Assembly: GCA_964106645.2 (NCBI GenBank)
Contig: OZ067045.1
Strand: one strand, 5' to 3'
DNA length: 64,000 bases
Origin: Podarcis pityusensis
Lineage: Eukaryota
Shown: in pieces, positions 12,153 to 23,560 of the stretch
Numbering within the stretch: the stretch's first letter is position 1
Layout of the letters: every line of letters starts with the position of its first letter
Notes under the pieces: generated by a model
What the model saw: the letters and a program-made list of their open reading frames with translations, nothing else
Database searches by the model: none
Told to the model about the DNA's origin: nothing
Program-made: the position numbers and the translations under genes

Positions 12153-15100
12153 TCTGTGTTTGTTCCCAAGTCTTCATTCAACTGGCTCTCTTGCACCTTG
12201 GAAAGACAATGAATATCCATGGATAGGCTACTTGCATGAGCAATCTAACGTCCATCTATTACTTTATTTGTATGCTGCGTTTCCCATAGTTATAACCATG
12301 CTCAAGGCAGCTTAACATTAAAAAATACATAATTACAAACATAAAAAAGTAGTTGTAAACAATAAAACATCAAAACGTACACAACAAAATAGAACAATTT
12401 CCACATAAATCATAAGATCTAGAATAGAGAATAACAGCAACACCCCCAACAAAACTCCCTAAAGTCTGTATGACCAATCTGACCCTGAAGGAAGTGAACC
12501 TATATGGTTTGGGTTTTTTTGCATTTCGAAATCTCAACTCCCAGAAGCTAATCAATTATCTCATAATGATGTAGATCATTATTTTTCTTCCCATTTCATT
12601 GTGGGAAAACCTAGGCTGAGGTTGAATGATGGTCACCCAGCTTTTCTTTGGCTGAACAGTGCTTAGAAATAACTCGGTTTTCACCCAATACACTTTCAGC
12701 CTTACCCTATACATCCAGCAGTGAGGAGCTAGAATGAACTGTACCAATTCAGACTGTAGGTGGGGTGTGTGTGCTATTTTTGAATGCTCCCCCACATTAA
12801 ATAACAATAATAGTATTGCAAGCAGAAAGCTCTGGTGTGTCAGGAAAAAAGGCTCTGTCCCAGCCCACTCCATACTGTGCTAAATTTCTACTTGCAGGGA
12901 ATCCTTCTTGTTTTAAGAGAAGAAAACATTAACAAGAACATTAAAAAGCATTGTTGCAGTTCTAGGACACATCTCAGCTATGTTAAAAGCACCCAAGCAG
13001 GGCCCTGGGGAGCATTCTGAGGGCTAGACGGAGAGCCAGAGGCCAACGGTCCTACCCTTGCTGTAAATGCACCAATTTTGTGGTATGCATCCCAGAAATG
13101 TTATTGTAAACCAGGATGAGTTTTCCCCCTCTAATAGTCAAGTTTTATATGATATACATTTTTTAAAAAAATAGTAGATGCCTCCCAGAGTGGCTGGGAC
13201 AACCCAGTCTGATGGGTGGGGTATAAGAAATACATTATTATTATTATTATGATTATTTATTTATTAAAATACATTGTTCTTCTTGAACATCTGTGACGTT
13301 GGTTAAGGTCATGCTGCTGTTGAGTGGCAAGATGGGCAAAGGCTTGTAAGACTCCTGACTCCAGTCCAGCTGTTTGGTTGGAGTATCCCTAACAAGTCTC
13401 ATGAATTCCTCCTGATGAGAGTTGGCAGTAATCCTGCATTTCAGGATTCTCTGAAGCAACTCCCCCCCCCCCCTTAAATCCAACTACCTTCCATTTGATT
13501 TGGAATGCTATATGTGCTCCAGGGTCGTGGGATCTCTTTGAACCCCCCAGCATTCCTTGGGGCAGATAGCACTGAACAAGAGGGCGGGTGAAACCAATGC
13601 GTTGAGGTCACGTTGTACAAATAGACTGGGGAGCTAAGAGAGTGACCCATTCATGGATGATATATATCTGTGTGGAAAGGGTGCCTGCTTGCTGATGGAA
13701 TGATTCCCCCTGGAATGTCAGGAACATTTATAATTGATGATCTGATGGCTGATTAGCCCCTTTGTGGGGGTTGTGTGTGTATTTAGCACATGGGGGTCCC
13801 AATCCAGAGGGTATGTGTGCCTAGGCTGTGTGCACATAAGCAGGGTTTTAATCTCTCTCCCCTTTTTAAACCAACCCCCCAGAAGTTGTGTTTTTGTTTT
13901 TAAGAGAAGCTTAAAGTTGTGGCTAAAAGGTGAAAAGAAAGAAAAGCTTTTTATTGCAGAGAAGGGCTTTAGTATTTGGGGCAAGGACCTGCTTTTATCT
14001 GTCTGCCCCTTCTCTGGATTGTGTACTTCTTAACATTTTTGAGCTGATTCTGAGCTGTTTTCTGAGTCTGTGGAAGAAGTTGGGTTGGAAGTATCTGATA
14101 ATACTTCTGATAATACTGATAATATGGTGGGGCATTAGATGACAGGAGCACCTGGGCTTGCTTTTTTGGAGGACATTGGGTGAAGCACCGAATAAAATAA
14201 GGCCTCCGGGCTGAGCACAATGTTGGGCAACCAATTGTGAAGACCTTCATGCTTGCAGCTGGCCACAGCCTTTGTTCTTTGAGCCAGATTCCTAGAGAAA
14301 ATGGTCTTGAAAAATCCTCTCGGAGCAGCAGTGCATTTATGTTAGAGTCATGCACACACAGAATCCTCACCCAGAGCCATACGCTTCACCTGTGTATTTG
14401 GCTGCCAAGTCACATTTTTGTGTGTGTGTCTTTCTACCTATACACAGCTGTGTTGCCAGAGGCTGATGGGAGTTGTAGTTCAGAACTATGCAGGGAGCCT
14501 GGTTGGCAAAGGCTGGCCTAGTGAATGACCTGGAATGTCTGTGCACTTCCTTCAGGCATAGTTATGACCCCTTGTGTGCTTCCTTTCCAACATTTTCCTG
14601 TTTATAAACAGTAGCGTCTTGTGGGGCCTTATTTTTATTTATTTATAAAATAAAAGCTGTTGTGGCATGAACTTTTTAATGAGTGAAAAGCCACTTCCCT
14701 GTGTTTTCCACTGTTAACTGCAGCCCTCCCAGCTGTCCCCTTTCCCCACCCCTGGGCAGCACCTGCTCCATTGTCTCCTCAGGGAAGAAGCCATGCCAGA
14801 GATAGCAGCTGCCTGGCCAGGCGTGAATCCCAGGAATTTGGCCATGCTGGAGGAGAGCGGCTGACTCCTCTCGACCTCTGACCCAGCAGGATGATACAAG
14901 CCATCTTCTGTTTCTCTTCAGACTGATTTCTGGGGTCAGCACAACAGCTCTCCCTGTCTCCCTCTCTGCCTGATAAAATGTCTGGAGTCCCCGCCACACA
15001 ATAGATCTGTCAGACTCTTGGCATAAGCTTGGGAGGGAGGAGGGCAGGAGGAGGTGAGAAGAGAGAGCCACGGAGATACAACATTTCCTTCAGAAAATGT

Positions 15101-15201
15101 GCTGGGTGGCAAGGATAGGATCTTAACGGAGGCATCTCCCCCCGCCCTTCCATTTGCTATCAGATGAACTCCCAGAGCTTTTCGTATGGAACGACCATCC
15201 T

Positions 15202-15877
15202 AGGCCACATCTGTACCATTCATTTAAAACATTTTTATACTATTTTAGCAATCATATCTCCCCCCCCCAAAAAAAACAAATAAATCCTGGGAACTGTAAT
15301 TTGTTAAGCGTGCTGAGAGTTGTTAGGAGACTCCCTATCCCCTTCATATAGCTATAATTCCCAGAATCTCTGGAGTTTGTAGCTCTGTGAGAGAAATAGG
15401 GATCTCTTAACAGCTCCCGGCATGCTTAGCCAAACTGTAGTTCCCAGAATTATTTGGGGAAAGTCATGACTGTTAAAGTGATATGCTTTAAACTATGGTG
15501 CAGTAGGGACGCGGGTGGTGCTGTGGTCTAAACCACAGAGCCTAGGGTTTGCTGATCCGAAGGTTGGCGGTTTGAATCCTCGCGACGGGGTGAGCTCCCG
15601 TTGCTGGGTCCCAGCTCCTCCCCACCTAGCAGTTCAAAAGCGCGTCAAAGTGCAAGTAGATAAATAGGTACCGCTCCAGCGGGAAGGTAAACGGCGTTTC
15701 CGTGCGCTGCTCTGGTTCGCCAGAAGTGGCGTAGTCATGCTGGCCACATGACCCGGAAGCTGTACGCCGGCTCCCTCGGCCAATAAAGCAAGATGAGCGC
15801 CGCAACCCCAGAGTCGTCTGCGACTAGACCTAATGGTCAAGGGTACCTTTACCTTTTTATGGTGCTATATGGTCATA
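15202..15877. mobile_element. Palindromic PIF/Harbinger-like MITE whose right TIR is interrupted by a Sauria SINE
   Basis: Left end 'aggccacatctgtacca'; internal inversion 'aatcctgggaactgta' / 'tagttcccagaatt'; right end 'tatggtgc[SINE]tatggtgctatatggtc'; related copies at 25580, 45215 and 58121. Confidence 0.65.
15506..15857 (+). mobile_element. Sauria SINE, full length
   Basis: 5' GGGACGCGGGTGG.GCTG tRNA-like head, CpG-rich body, 'gtgcaagtagataaataggtacc' core and (ACCTTT)n tail; flanking duplication TATGGTGC at 15494 and 15858. Confidence 0.9.
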
Positions 15878-15982
15878 GCTTCTCTCTTTCTCCTCTCCTG
15901 TTTCTCTCTCCCCCATACCCACTCCACCTATAGCAAGATTGGAGCACAGAGCATTGGACCCCAGATTTTGCTGTCTAGGCTT

Positions 15983-16553
15983 CATGAAGTCTCCTTTGCT
16001 TTGGAACTGTCTGGAAAAAGCTTATTACTGTATTAGTCTCCAGTGTTAAGATCACACTGTGGGTGCACAGTTGTTACTCCAAGCAACTGACATTCAGAGA
16101 CATACTGCCTCCAACACTGGAGATAGAATATAGCCATCATGGCTAGTAGCCATTGACACCCTCCATGAATTCCCATGAATTTCACATGCTGGAAATTATT
16201 TTGAAAGTGAAATTTTGCAGAAAAGTGCACACTTTTCAGTATATTTATTTATTAAATTTATAGCCCAACCTTTCCTCCCAAAGGAGTCCACAGAACATGA
16301 CTTCCTTTTGCACCCCTTTGTCCCCCAAAGCTATGATCTAGCTGCAGCCGAACCAGGTAGGGGGTGAATTTGTGGATTCCATATTCTGAAACTATAGCTC
16401 CAGGCGTATTTGTTTGATTTTTATCATCTTGTTCAGTGTTCCAAGCACAGGGGCAACCCCTACCAGAGCTTTGACCTGTGATCTTAACACTGGAGACAAA
16501 TAAGCTTTTTCAGACAGTTGGAGGTGGTTTGAAAAGCAAGGTGACTGTTCATG
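15983..16553. repeat. Long-range inverted repeat (~75-bp arms, 420-bp spacer)
   Basis: Perfect 21-bp core 16036-16056 / 16477-16497, plus further matching blocks outward. Confidence 0.85.
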
Positions 16554-17044
16554 GTAAATAGTTTTCTTTTCCATCTTTCCAGCTTTTCCTGCTTTTTTTT
16601 TATTTAAAAAATTTGCTTGGTCAGATGCAATCTTGGGACAAAATTAATGCTTGTGCAGCTGTGGAGAGTAGTGTGTTGCTCAAATTGCCGTCAGCTCCCT
16701 TGGAAATTCATTGTTTGTTTCTGACCTTGCAGCTCTAGCCTAGTCAAAGATGGAGGAAGAGAGCAGAGCCTAGTGCAAAGGTGTTTGGGAGAATGGCTAT
16801 GCAGAATCAAGTGGTCATAGACCCCCCTCAGAGACTTTTTCTGGTGGGCCAGGAAAGTCTGTGCTAGCGGAGGAGAAAATGGCTTGATGAATGGAGATTC
16901 TCATTTGTAAGCAAAGACAGTGCCTAGTTAGGAGCTCAGACACTTGAGTTGTTAAAGCATTCTTTGCCAACCTGGTGCCCTTCAGATGTTGTTGGGACTC
17001 CCACCTGCCTCCATCTATTACAATTAGCCATGCTGGCCATGGCT

Positions 17045-17255
17045 GATAGTGTGGTGTTGTGGTTAATGTACTAGACTTGGACGTGAAAGACCTGGATTCA
17101 AATCCCCATGAAGCTCACTGGTTGACCTTGGGCAAGTTACTGTCTCTCTCAGCCTAATCTTCCTCATGGGTTGTTAGGAGAAAATGTGAACGGTGAAGAA
17201 CACTACCGTGAGTTCCTTGGGAGGAAATGTGGGATTATAAATATAATAAATACTA
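17045..17255 (+). mobile_element. tRNA/CORE-type SINE (MIR/Squam3-like)
   Basis: 'gtggtgttgtggtta...gacctggattcaaatcccc...tgaccttgggcaagttac...cagcctaatct..ctcatgggttgtt' with AT-rich tail. Confidence 0.75.
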
Positions 17256-17807
17256 AAAAAAATCTCGAGGGCACAAGTCCTGAAATTCCTTTCCTTTTCC
17301 TGTGAAGTATGGGTGTGGGGTCTTTCGGGGATGAGAGGGCAATGCTCAGTATATACTTAATATTTCATCCACCCAAGTAAATTAATTTTGGCTAAAGCAA
17401 AAAGATTTGTGCCAGAGTTTTGAGCATGTCAAGTGAAAAACAAAAGCTTCAAGGCACATGCAGAATGAAAGGCTGCTGACTCTTAGGAAGTATTTTAGCC
17501 TTTTCCTAGGAACTAAAAGCCACATGTAGCTATTAACAGAGAAGTGGATAAAACTTAAGAACTTCTAATGGTAAGTTTGGTTCAGAAAAGTGATTTAGGG
17601 GGTGGGGTGGAGAAAGAGATATAAATCAGGCGTTTGAATTTCTTTATTTTTTTAAATCAGCCAAGCTGCACACTGCGGTGTTTCTAATCCAGTGAGTTTA
17701 GTACCATTTATCAATGTGAAATTTTTAGGGGTGGGATTGTACACTTTAATTTGAGACTCTCACCTTATGGGCTTTTTTGGTGGATTTCAGCCCTAATGAG
17801 GGCTAGG

Positions 17808-17808
<1 letters not shown>

Positions 17809-17848
<40 letters not shown>
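17809..17848 (+). repeat. (GT)n microsatellite
   Basis: Direct reading. Confidence 0.95.
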
Positions 17849-17849
<1 letters not shown>

Positions 17850-18029
17850 TGGTTTCTTCCTTGGTCCTCTTGTTTTGTTTTCTCTCCTTCGCAAAGACAT
17901 GCAGCTCTTTTCCCTCCCCCAAGCCCTCTTCTGTCTCCAAGGATTGGGTCCCACCTCCTTGTCGCTCCCCTTCCCAATGGTTAAATACAAAAGAGGAAGT
18001 GCTGTGTGCTTGCCTGGGCCTGGAATGAA

Positions 18030-18498
18030 GAAGCAGGGGATGAGGGGGGAGGAGAAGGAAGAGGGGAGGGGAACCCAGAATCCAGAGTGCGTCTGCTATT
18101 GAGAAATGAAAAGGCTCCTCCAATTAGACGCTTTGGTGCTGCAAACTTGAGGCGAGGCACTTGAACTGTCACTGTGGAGCCTTAATTAGCAGCTGCGGGT
18201 GAGGGGTCAGCCTCAACTCAGCAGTCTTGACAAGGCTGATATCAAGTGCAAGGCAGAGGAGGAGGCAGGCAGGGAGAGAGAGAGAGAAAGAGGACGGGAA
18301 GGAGGCAGGCGAGCAAACAAGCGAAGGGGGGCGGGAAGGAGAGAAGCAAAAGCTCCCTCAACTCAGGACCCAAACCCTGGAACACACAGGAGGAGAGGTG
18401 GGGTGTGAGGGAAGCGATGGAGAGATGCAGCCGGCGCTTTAAAAGGGAATAAAATGGTTGCTATCTTTCTCTTTATCTGAGCTGGCTCTCTGCCTACA
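18030..18498 (+). promoter_or_regulatory. Candidate promoter / 5' leader region of host gene
   Basis: TE-free, purine-rich, locally CpG-enriched; CCAATTA and TTAATTA sites; immediately upstream of the candidate ATG exon. Confidence 0.4.
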
Positions 18499-18705
18499 GT
18501 GAGGATCCCAGGAGCAGCTGTTTGCCTGCACCCTGAGCTCTTCCTCCTCTTCCCCTGCCCCCCCCCCAACCCCGGACATCATTCCAGTCCACTTCCTCAC
18601 CTTCCCAAACTGTTTGCCTTGAGATCAGAGTGTGGACGCCGTCAGACAGTGACCCTGTTCCAGAGGGCAGAGGCGCGGGGGTTGTTGTCCTTGGGGTTGC
18701 TTGCC

Positions 18706-18726
18706 ATGCCACGGATTGCTGCCTAG
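18706..18726 (+). promoter_or_regulatory. Upstream ORF MPRIAA* in the candidate 5' UTR
   Basis: gccATGc context; stops 44 nt before ATG 18771. Confidence 0.35.
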
Positions 18727-18770
18727 GGTCTTGCTTTTGTACCCCTGCTGCCGTCGCTGCCAGGGCCAAC

Positions 18771-18813
18771 ATGCTGGAGATGAAGACCTGGTCCACCTTG
18801 CTTCAGAGTCTGA
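18771..18813 (+). CDS. Candidate first coding exon of an unidentified host gene (MLEMKTWSTLLQSL + 1 nt, phase 1)
   Basis: GCCAACATG Kozak context; consensus donor A|GTGAGT at 18813/18814; upstream acceptor-like 'ctctctgcctacag' ending at 18498; GC/CpG-rich TE-free setting. No downstream exon identified. Confidence 0.5.
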
Positions 18814-19746
18814 GTGAGTGAAAGTTTAGCTCCCTCCTCTCTGTCAAACCCCTCCCCCCCCCGCCTTGCAGCAAAATCTGGCTCCTGTTTTATCTAGCTT
18901 GGTGTCCAGCTTTCGGCAAGAGGCTACAGGGAAGGGAGAGCAGGGCTCACTCATGGACTTGCTTGGATGCCCTGTTAGTGCAGAGGAGGTCTCTTCTACT
19001 TGCACTGTTTGGAGCTGTTGGAGATGATCTAGCTCCCATGTTTATTTAGCAGGAGCTTATTGGGGGGAGGGGGGGAGACCCATTGTATAGGAGCTGTAGG
19101 CTTTGAGGTCCAACTCTTCCTCCTCCTCTTCTTTCTCACATTTCCCCTCCCCATGGTCAGTGATTCTGGGTTCTTTATATAAAAAAATCACACGATGGAG
19201 TGGCCAAATCCTGCAGTGAATCTCAAAGGCTGGTCTTGCTTTCCCTTGCAACATGTAGCTTGGCTTGCTTTCATGAGTCACATGCCTGTCTGTTTTTGTT
19301 CTAAGTAACCCTTTTTTGTGGTGGAGCTGCTGTGTGCCTATGATGCACCATGGTAGAGCTACTTTTGCCTTTAGCCAGTGGAGAGGAGCCAGCCTGGTGG
19401 TTTTAGGGGCCCTTGCAAATCATACAAATTGGCATCTGGGTCAGAAAGCAATGCAATGCAGAGAAGTTATGAGTAGTAGACACTGATGGAGAGGCAAGAG
19501 GCAACAAGAAACAGAAGGATCATGTGCATCCAGCTCACTTGAGATTAGAAAGGGCTTGTTTCTTGGGGGGGATGGGGGATGGGGTCCTGTATGATTTTTA
19601 ATGAGTTAAGGGGGGTGAGTCTGTTGAGAACTCTCTAGACAGCACCTCTCTTCATTTCAAGCTAATTAAACTCTACCTGCCTGGCAGTTTCCTGAAAGGG
19701 AGGGGGGAAACTCATGTTGACTGTGACTTCCTGACCTGGTGGGGCT

Positions 19747-19780
19747 TCACCTTTGACCTTTGACCCCTGGCCTCTGGCCT
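19747..19780. promoter_or_regulatory. Array of five nuclear-receptor half-sites at DR1 spacing
   Basis: TCACCT-t-TGACCT-t-TGACCC-c-TGGCCT-c-TGGCCT. Confidence 0.45.
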
Positions 19781-21322
19781 TTTTAGGGAAAAAAGAGATG
19801 CTTTAAATGCAAGTTATTTGATAGCTAATCCCAGCCGGAATTTTGGCTGCCTTGCCTTTTGTTAATTTAACCCTCACTTTATGTGTGGTGTGAGGCATTG
19901 GGTGAAAGACAGTTTTGATTGGTTGCAGGGGGGGGGGGCTTGTCTGGAGAAGGTGGGTGATTTAAGAGAGATTTTGAGGGCCGAAGCATAAAGGAACATG
20001 TTCAAAAGTAGCAGCTACTTAGTCTTACAATGTCCTGAGAGCAAACTTCCAAGTTATACAGAAATCTTTTTCCAAGCAGGACCTAAGAGAGACATATAAT
20101 ATATGTATTTGTTTATTGTGGTGTCAGTTTTCCAGGCTGCCTTATAGTGTGTGACACCGATGGGGACGGAGACTGGGAAGGCAAGCCTTCTGCAGAGGTC
20201 ATACAGATGTGCAGATTACTGGCTTCCTGAGTTGCAAAAAGAGCTTACAGCAAATCCTATATCCATCAGGTTGCAGATTAGACTGTTCAAAACATTTTTG
20301 GCGGGTTTGTTATGGTGATGAGGAATCTCTTTCTCTGTGTGCATGGGAATACGGTTCTTTCAAAAGCACATCAAATCAGAAAGTTTGAGGCCACCCAAAC
20401 AAAAGGGCATGTGGATGGAAGCCCTGAGCTGCAACTGAATGAACAACCAAGTCAAGGCAAAGCAACAATAAGAGAAGTGCATGTCTTAGTGGGGCTCCTT
20501 ATGACTGTGTGTACATCCATAGTAATGGTGCAACAGGTGTCATACCAAGATGGCACTTTGCACTGAAACGAAGCTTAGTGATGGAGCTCCCCACCCCGCA
20601 AAGTGTTATGGATTACTTTCTTTTTGGCTCTCCTCTTCTCTTCTCTCCCTCCATCTCTGATAGTATGCTGGGTGCTGTGGAAAACTCACTGATGACAAAG
20701 TCCTTACTTTGATCCAAGTTAATAGCTTAGTGGGTGAGTTTGGATTGGGTTTGGCAGGGATTTGAACTATCCTTTCCTTCCAACTGTAGGTCCTGCTTTT
20801 CTATTTTACTCTCTCCCCCTCCTCTTTCTGGGTCCCTGATGGATGTGTTTTTACAGAGCTCAAATTTTGATATTGAACTCAGTAGCCCTCAGTGTTGCAG
20901 CTTCGTTTCCAGTCGCCAGATATGGAACCGTTGAAGTAGTATTAAAAAGTTTGTATCTTTTAGACCTGATAATCAGAACCTCTGCCTTCAGACACCCTGG
21001 ATTAAGAGGTGGAGTAAGGTGGGCTCCCAGATCAGAAAGTGTTGCTTTTTGTTCACTCTGAGCTCCAGCATCTCTTTAAACCCCTGTTGCCTTCACTTTT
21101 GTTGCTCCTCATCAGTCTGTGATTAATAGCTTCCTGTGAAAATGGATAATGGGGTAATGGACAGGGAGGTGGTGTCTTCTTCACCCCTCCCCCAGTAGGA
21201 GCAACAAATCATAGCCCTTAGTTTAGTCTGAACTAGGGACCATGTTTCTTTTGTGGAAAACAAAGATGGGCAGTCAAGGTTTGTTCTTGACTCACCCACC
21301 AGTCACGCTTGGTTTGAGTGCC

Positions 21323-21475
21323 TGCAGGACAGCTTAGCTGGTAGAGTATGAGACTCATAATCTCAGGGTCATGGGTTTGAGCCCCATGTTGGGCAAAAAG
21401 ATGCCTGCATGGCAGGGGGTTGGACTAGATGACCCTCGTGATCTCTTCCGACTCTACAATTCTATAATTCTATGA
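21323..21475 (+). mobile_element. tRNA-Lys(CTT)-derived SINE with CR1 3' tail
   Basis: Head resembles tRNA-Lys ('gtagagtatgagactc.taatctcagggtc.tgggtt.gagcccca.gttgggc'); tail 'ggcagggggttggact.gatgaccct...ttcc.actcta..attctat.attctatg' matches the CR1 3' end at 40708-40790. Confidence 0.85.
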
Positions 21476-21582
21476 AATAAATCACTGTCAAATATTTGGG
21501 TAAGCCTAGGGACTGTGGCTTATTCCTCCCAAGAACAAGCCAGGAGCCATCTCCATGTTCATGGTAAACTGATTTACAGTGA

Positions 21583-21957
21583 GATGCAACCATAACTTGG
21601 TGGTAGAGCACCTGTCTTACATGCAGGAGGTCCCAGGTTCAGTCCTCAGCACCTCCAGATTCTCCTGTCCGAAACCCTGGGGAGCTGCTGCCAGTCAATG
21701 TAGGCAGTACTGAGCTAGATGGCATCTGATTCAGGACAAAGCATTTTCCTATTTTCCTACAAAAGTTTTTTTAAGGAAGGACCATAGCTCAATGGTAGAT
21801 CCTTACATGCAGAAGGTTCCATATTAAAGCCCTAGCTTTTTCAGGCAAGACTGGCAATTGCCCCTGTCTGAAACCCTAGAGAGCCACTGCCAGTCATTGT
21901 AGACAAGATTGCTAAATGGACTAATGGTCCGAACTCTGTATAATGCTGCTTCCTATA
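21583..21957 (+). mobile_element. Two head-to-tail tRNA-derived SINEs (11968 family)
   Basis: Units ~21583-21759 and ~21775-21957, each with A/B boxes and the shared tail. Confidence 0.75.
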
Positions 21958-23264
21958 GTTGTAGCATGTCAAGCAACACTGTATGTGTACTTGTGGTAGT
22001 ACCCTTAAAAGGGAGGAAAGGAGGAGCTTTAATGTGTGCCTGAACAGCTTTCTGTCCTAGGGCAAAGTTGGTGGTTACAGCAGCAGGATCAGCCTGTGCA
22101 GATGAACAGCTTGGGCCAATGGAGGCGGCTGCGCATTGATTTGCTGTCATAAAATACAAGGATAGAAAGCAGCATTTGCTAATAAAAAGGGAGACCTTCC
22201 CTGAAAAAACAGTTATTACTGTATCCTGGCACTCGAAAGGAACAAAGCAGGTGGGTGGGTGGGGGGTTGTTGCTTGTTAGAGCTGCCGCAGGCTAATAGG
22301 CAGAGGACAAGGCAGGCAGAGGGCAGGCTGTGCCCTCTCATATGGAGAAGGCCAAAAGGTGCCAGCTAAGCTCTTCTGGCATCAGAGTTCCCTTCCCTGG
22401 GGAGGATTAGCAGGCAGGGGTTATGCAGACGGACAGATGGGCAAGCTGTTTGGATCACGGGGAACTGGAAGCAGCTCAGGCTGTAATCTGAGCTAGGAGG
22501 GGGTTTATGATTCTGTGCACAGGTCAGTGCCCAGACTGGAAGGAGAGAATGGGGGGGGGGGAGGTGTCTCCTTTGGACAGCAACACCCATTGCTTATATG
22601 CCTGGTTCCAGACTGACTTTGAAAAGGGGGCATTATTGTGAATGCATTTCTCCATTACACAGTGATGTCAGGAATTAATTTAGAATTTGGCTTCCCCAGA
22701 ACCTAAGACACACCCTCCATGCCCAGCTCCAGGGCCCACTTTCAGTGGCTGGGAGTGTCTGCTGGCACGAGATTTTTACCATCACTACGGATGCAGAGCC
22801 TGCTTGAGTTATGCCTGCCCTTTGAGATGGCCAAGTGTTCTATAAGGACTACAGCCAAAGATCTAATTGATCAGTTAAAATGAGTAACTGAGTTCTCTCT
22901 CCCGGCCACCAGCCTTCTTGTGCCATGCTACCCTGGGGTGAAAGTGGGACAGCATGAAAAAGTGGACATGGGCACACACAATGACAAATCATCAAACTGA
23001 GGCTTGGGAAATAAAAATGTCTTGTGTGATATGGAATAATTTCAACATGTTTTGACTAGTTGTCTTTAGGGTGCAAAATAATCCTCCCCTGCCTTATTCT
23101 ACTGCCTGATAGCTGCCGTTTCCTCATAGCTTACTGTTCCCTAGGCCTTGTTCCCCCCCTCCCCCAGCCCCTAATTTTCTCAGCTCTGTTCATTTTACAC
23201 CCTTCTCTTCCTTGGGCCTTCAACTTCATCCATCAGCTCAGCTTGTTGCTTTACTTAATTACTC

Positions 23265-23560
23265 TATTTCTAGAATGGCTTTCAAGCCCTGGTTCCAAGG
23301 CAGCTTACGTAATCTTAAATAGTTAAAAACCATTCAAACAGGGACCCTAAACCCCATCATGATTAATGCAAGGACAGCAGAAAAGACCCACAGAGTATAG
23401 AAACAAAAGAACAGAACAAAAATAATACAAAAGCAGCTTTTCTAACCAAAGAGGTGGCTCCCCTGTTGAAAATAACAAGGGAGCATGATTCTTCAAAATC
23501 TTAAGGTGGAGGCAGTGCCCTAAAACTGGAGCCACCACTCTAAAAGCTCTGCTGCTTGTT
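23265..23560 (-). mobile_element. L2-type LINE 3' remnant
   Basis: 'ttccaaggcagcttac' tail motif, A-rich tract and 'ggagccaccactctaaaagctct'. Confidence 0.4.

Noticed and set aside
18771-18813. Assigning a gene symbol (e.g. a DSCAM-like short phase-1 first exon)
   Set aside because: Exon geometry is similar, but the peptide does not match any N-terminus I can recall with confidence.
19342-19362. REST/RE1 site
   Set aside because: Only the GCACCATGG core matches; the flanks deviate from consensus.
21323-21395. tRNA-Met(CAT) gene
   Set aside because: The body is tRNA-Lys(CTT)-like with a mutated anticodon, decayed CpGs and a fused CR1 tail, so it is a SINE head.
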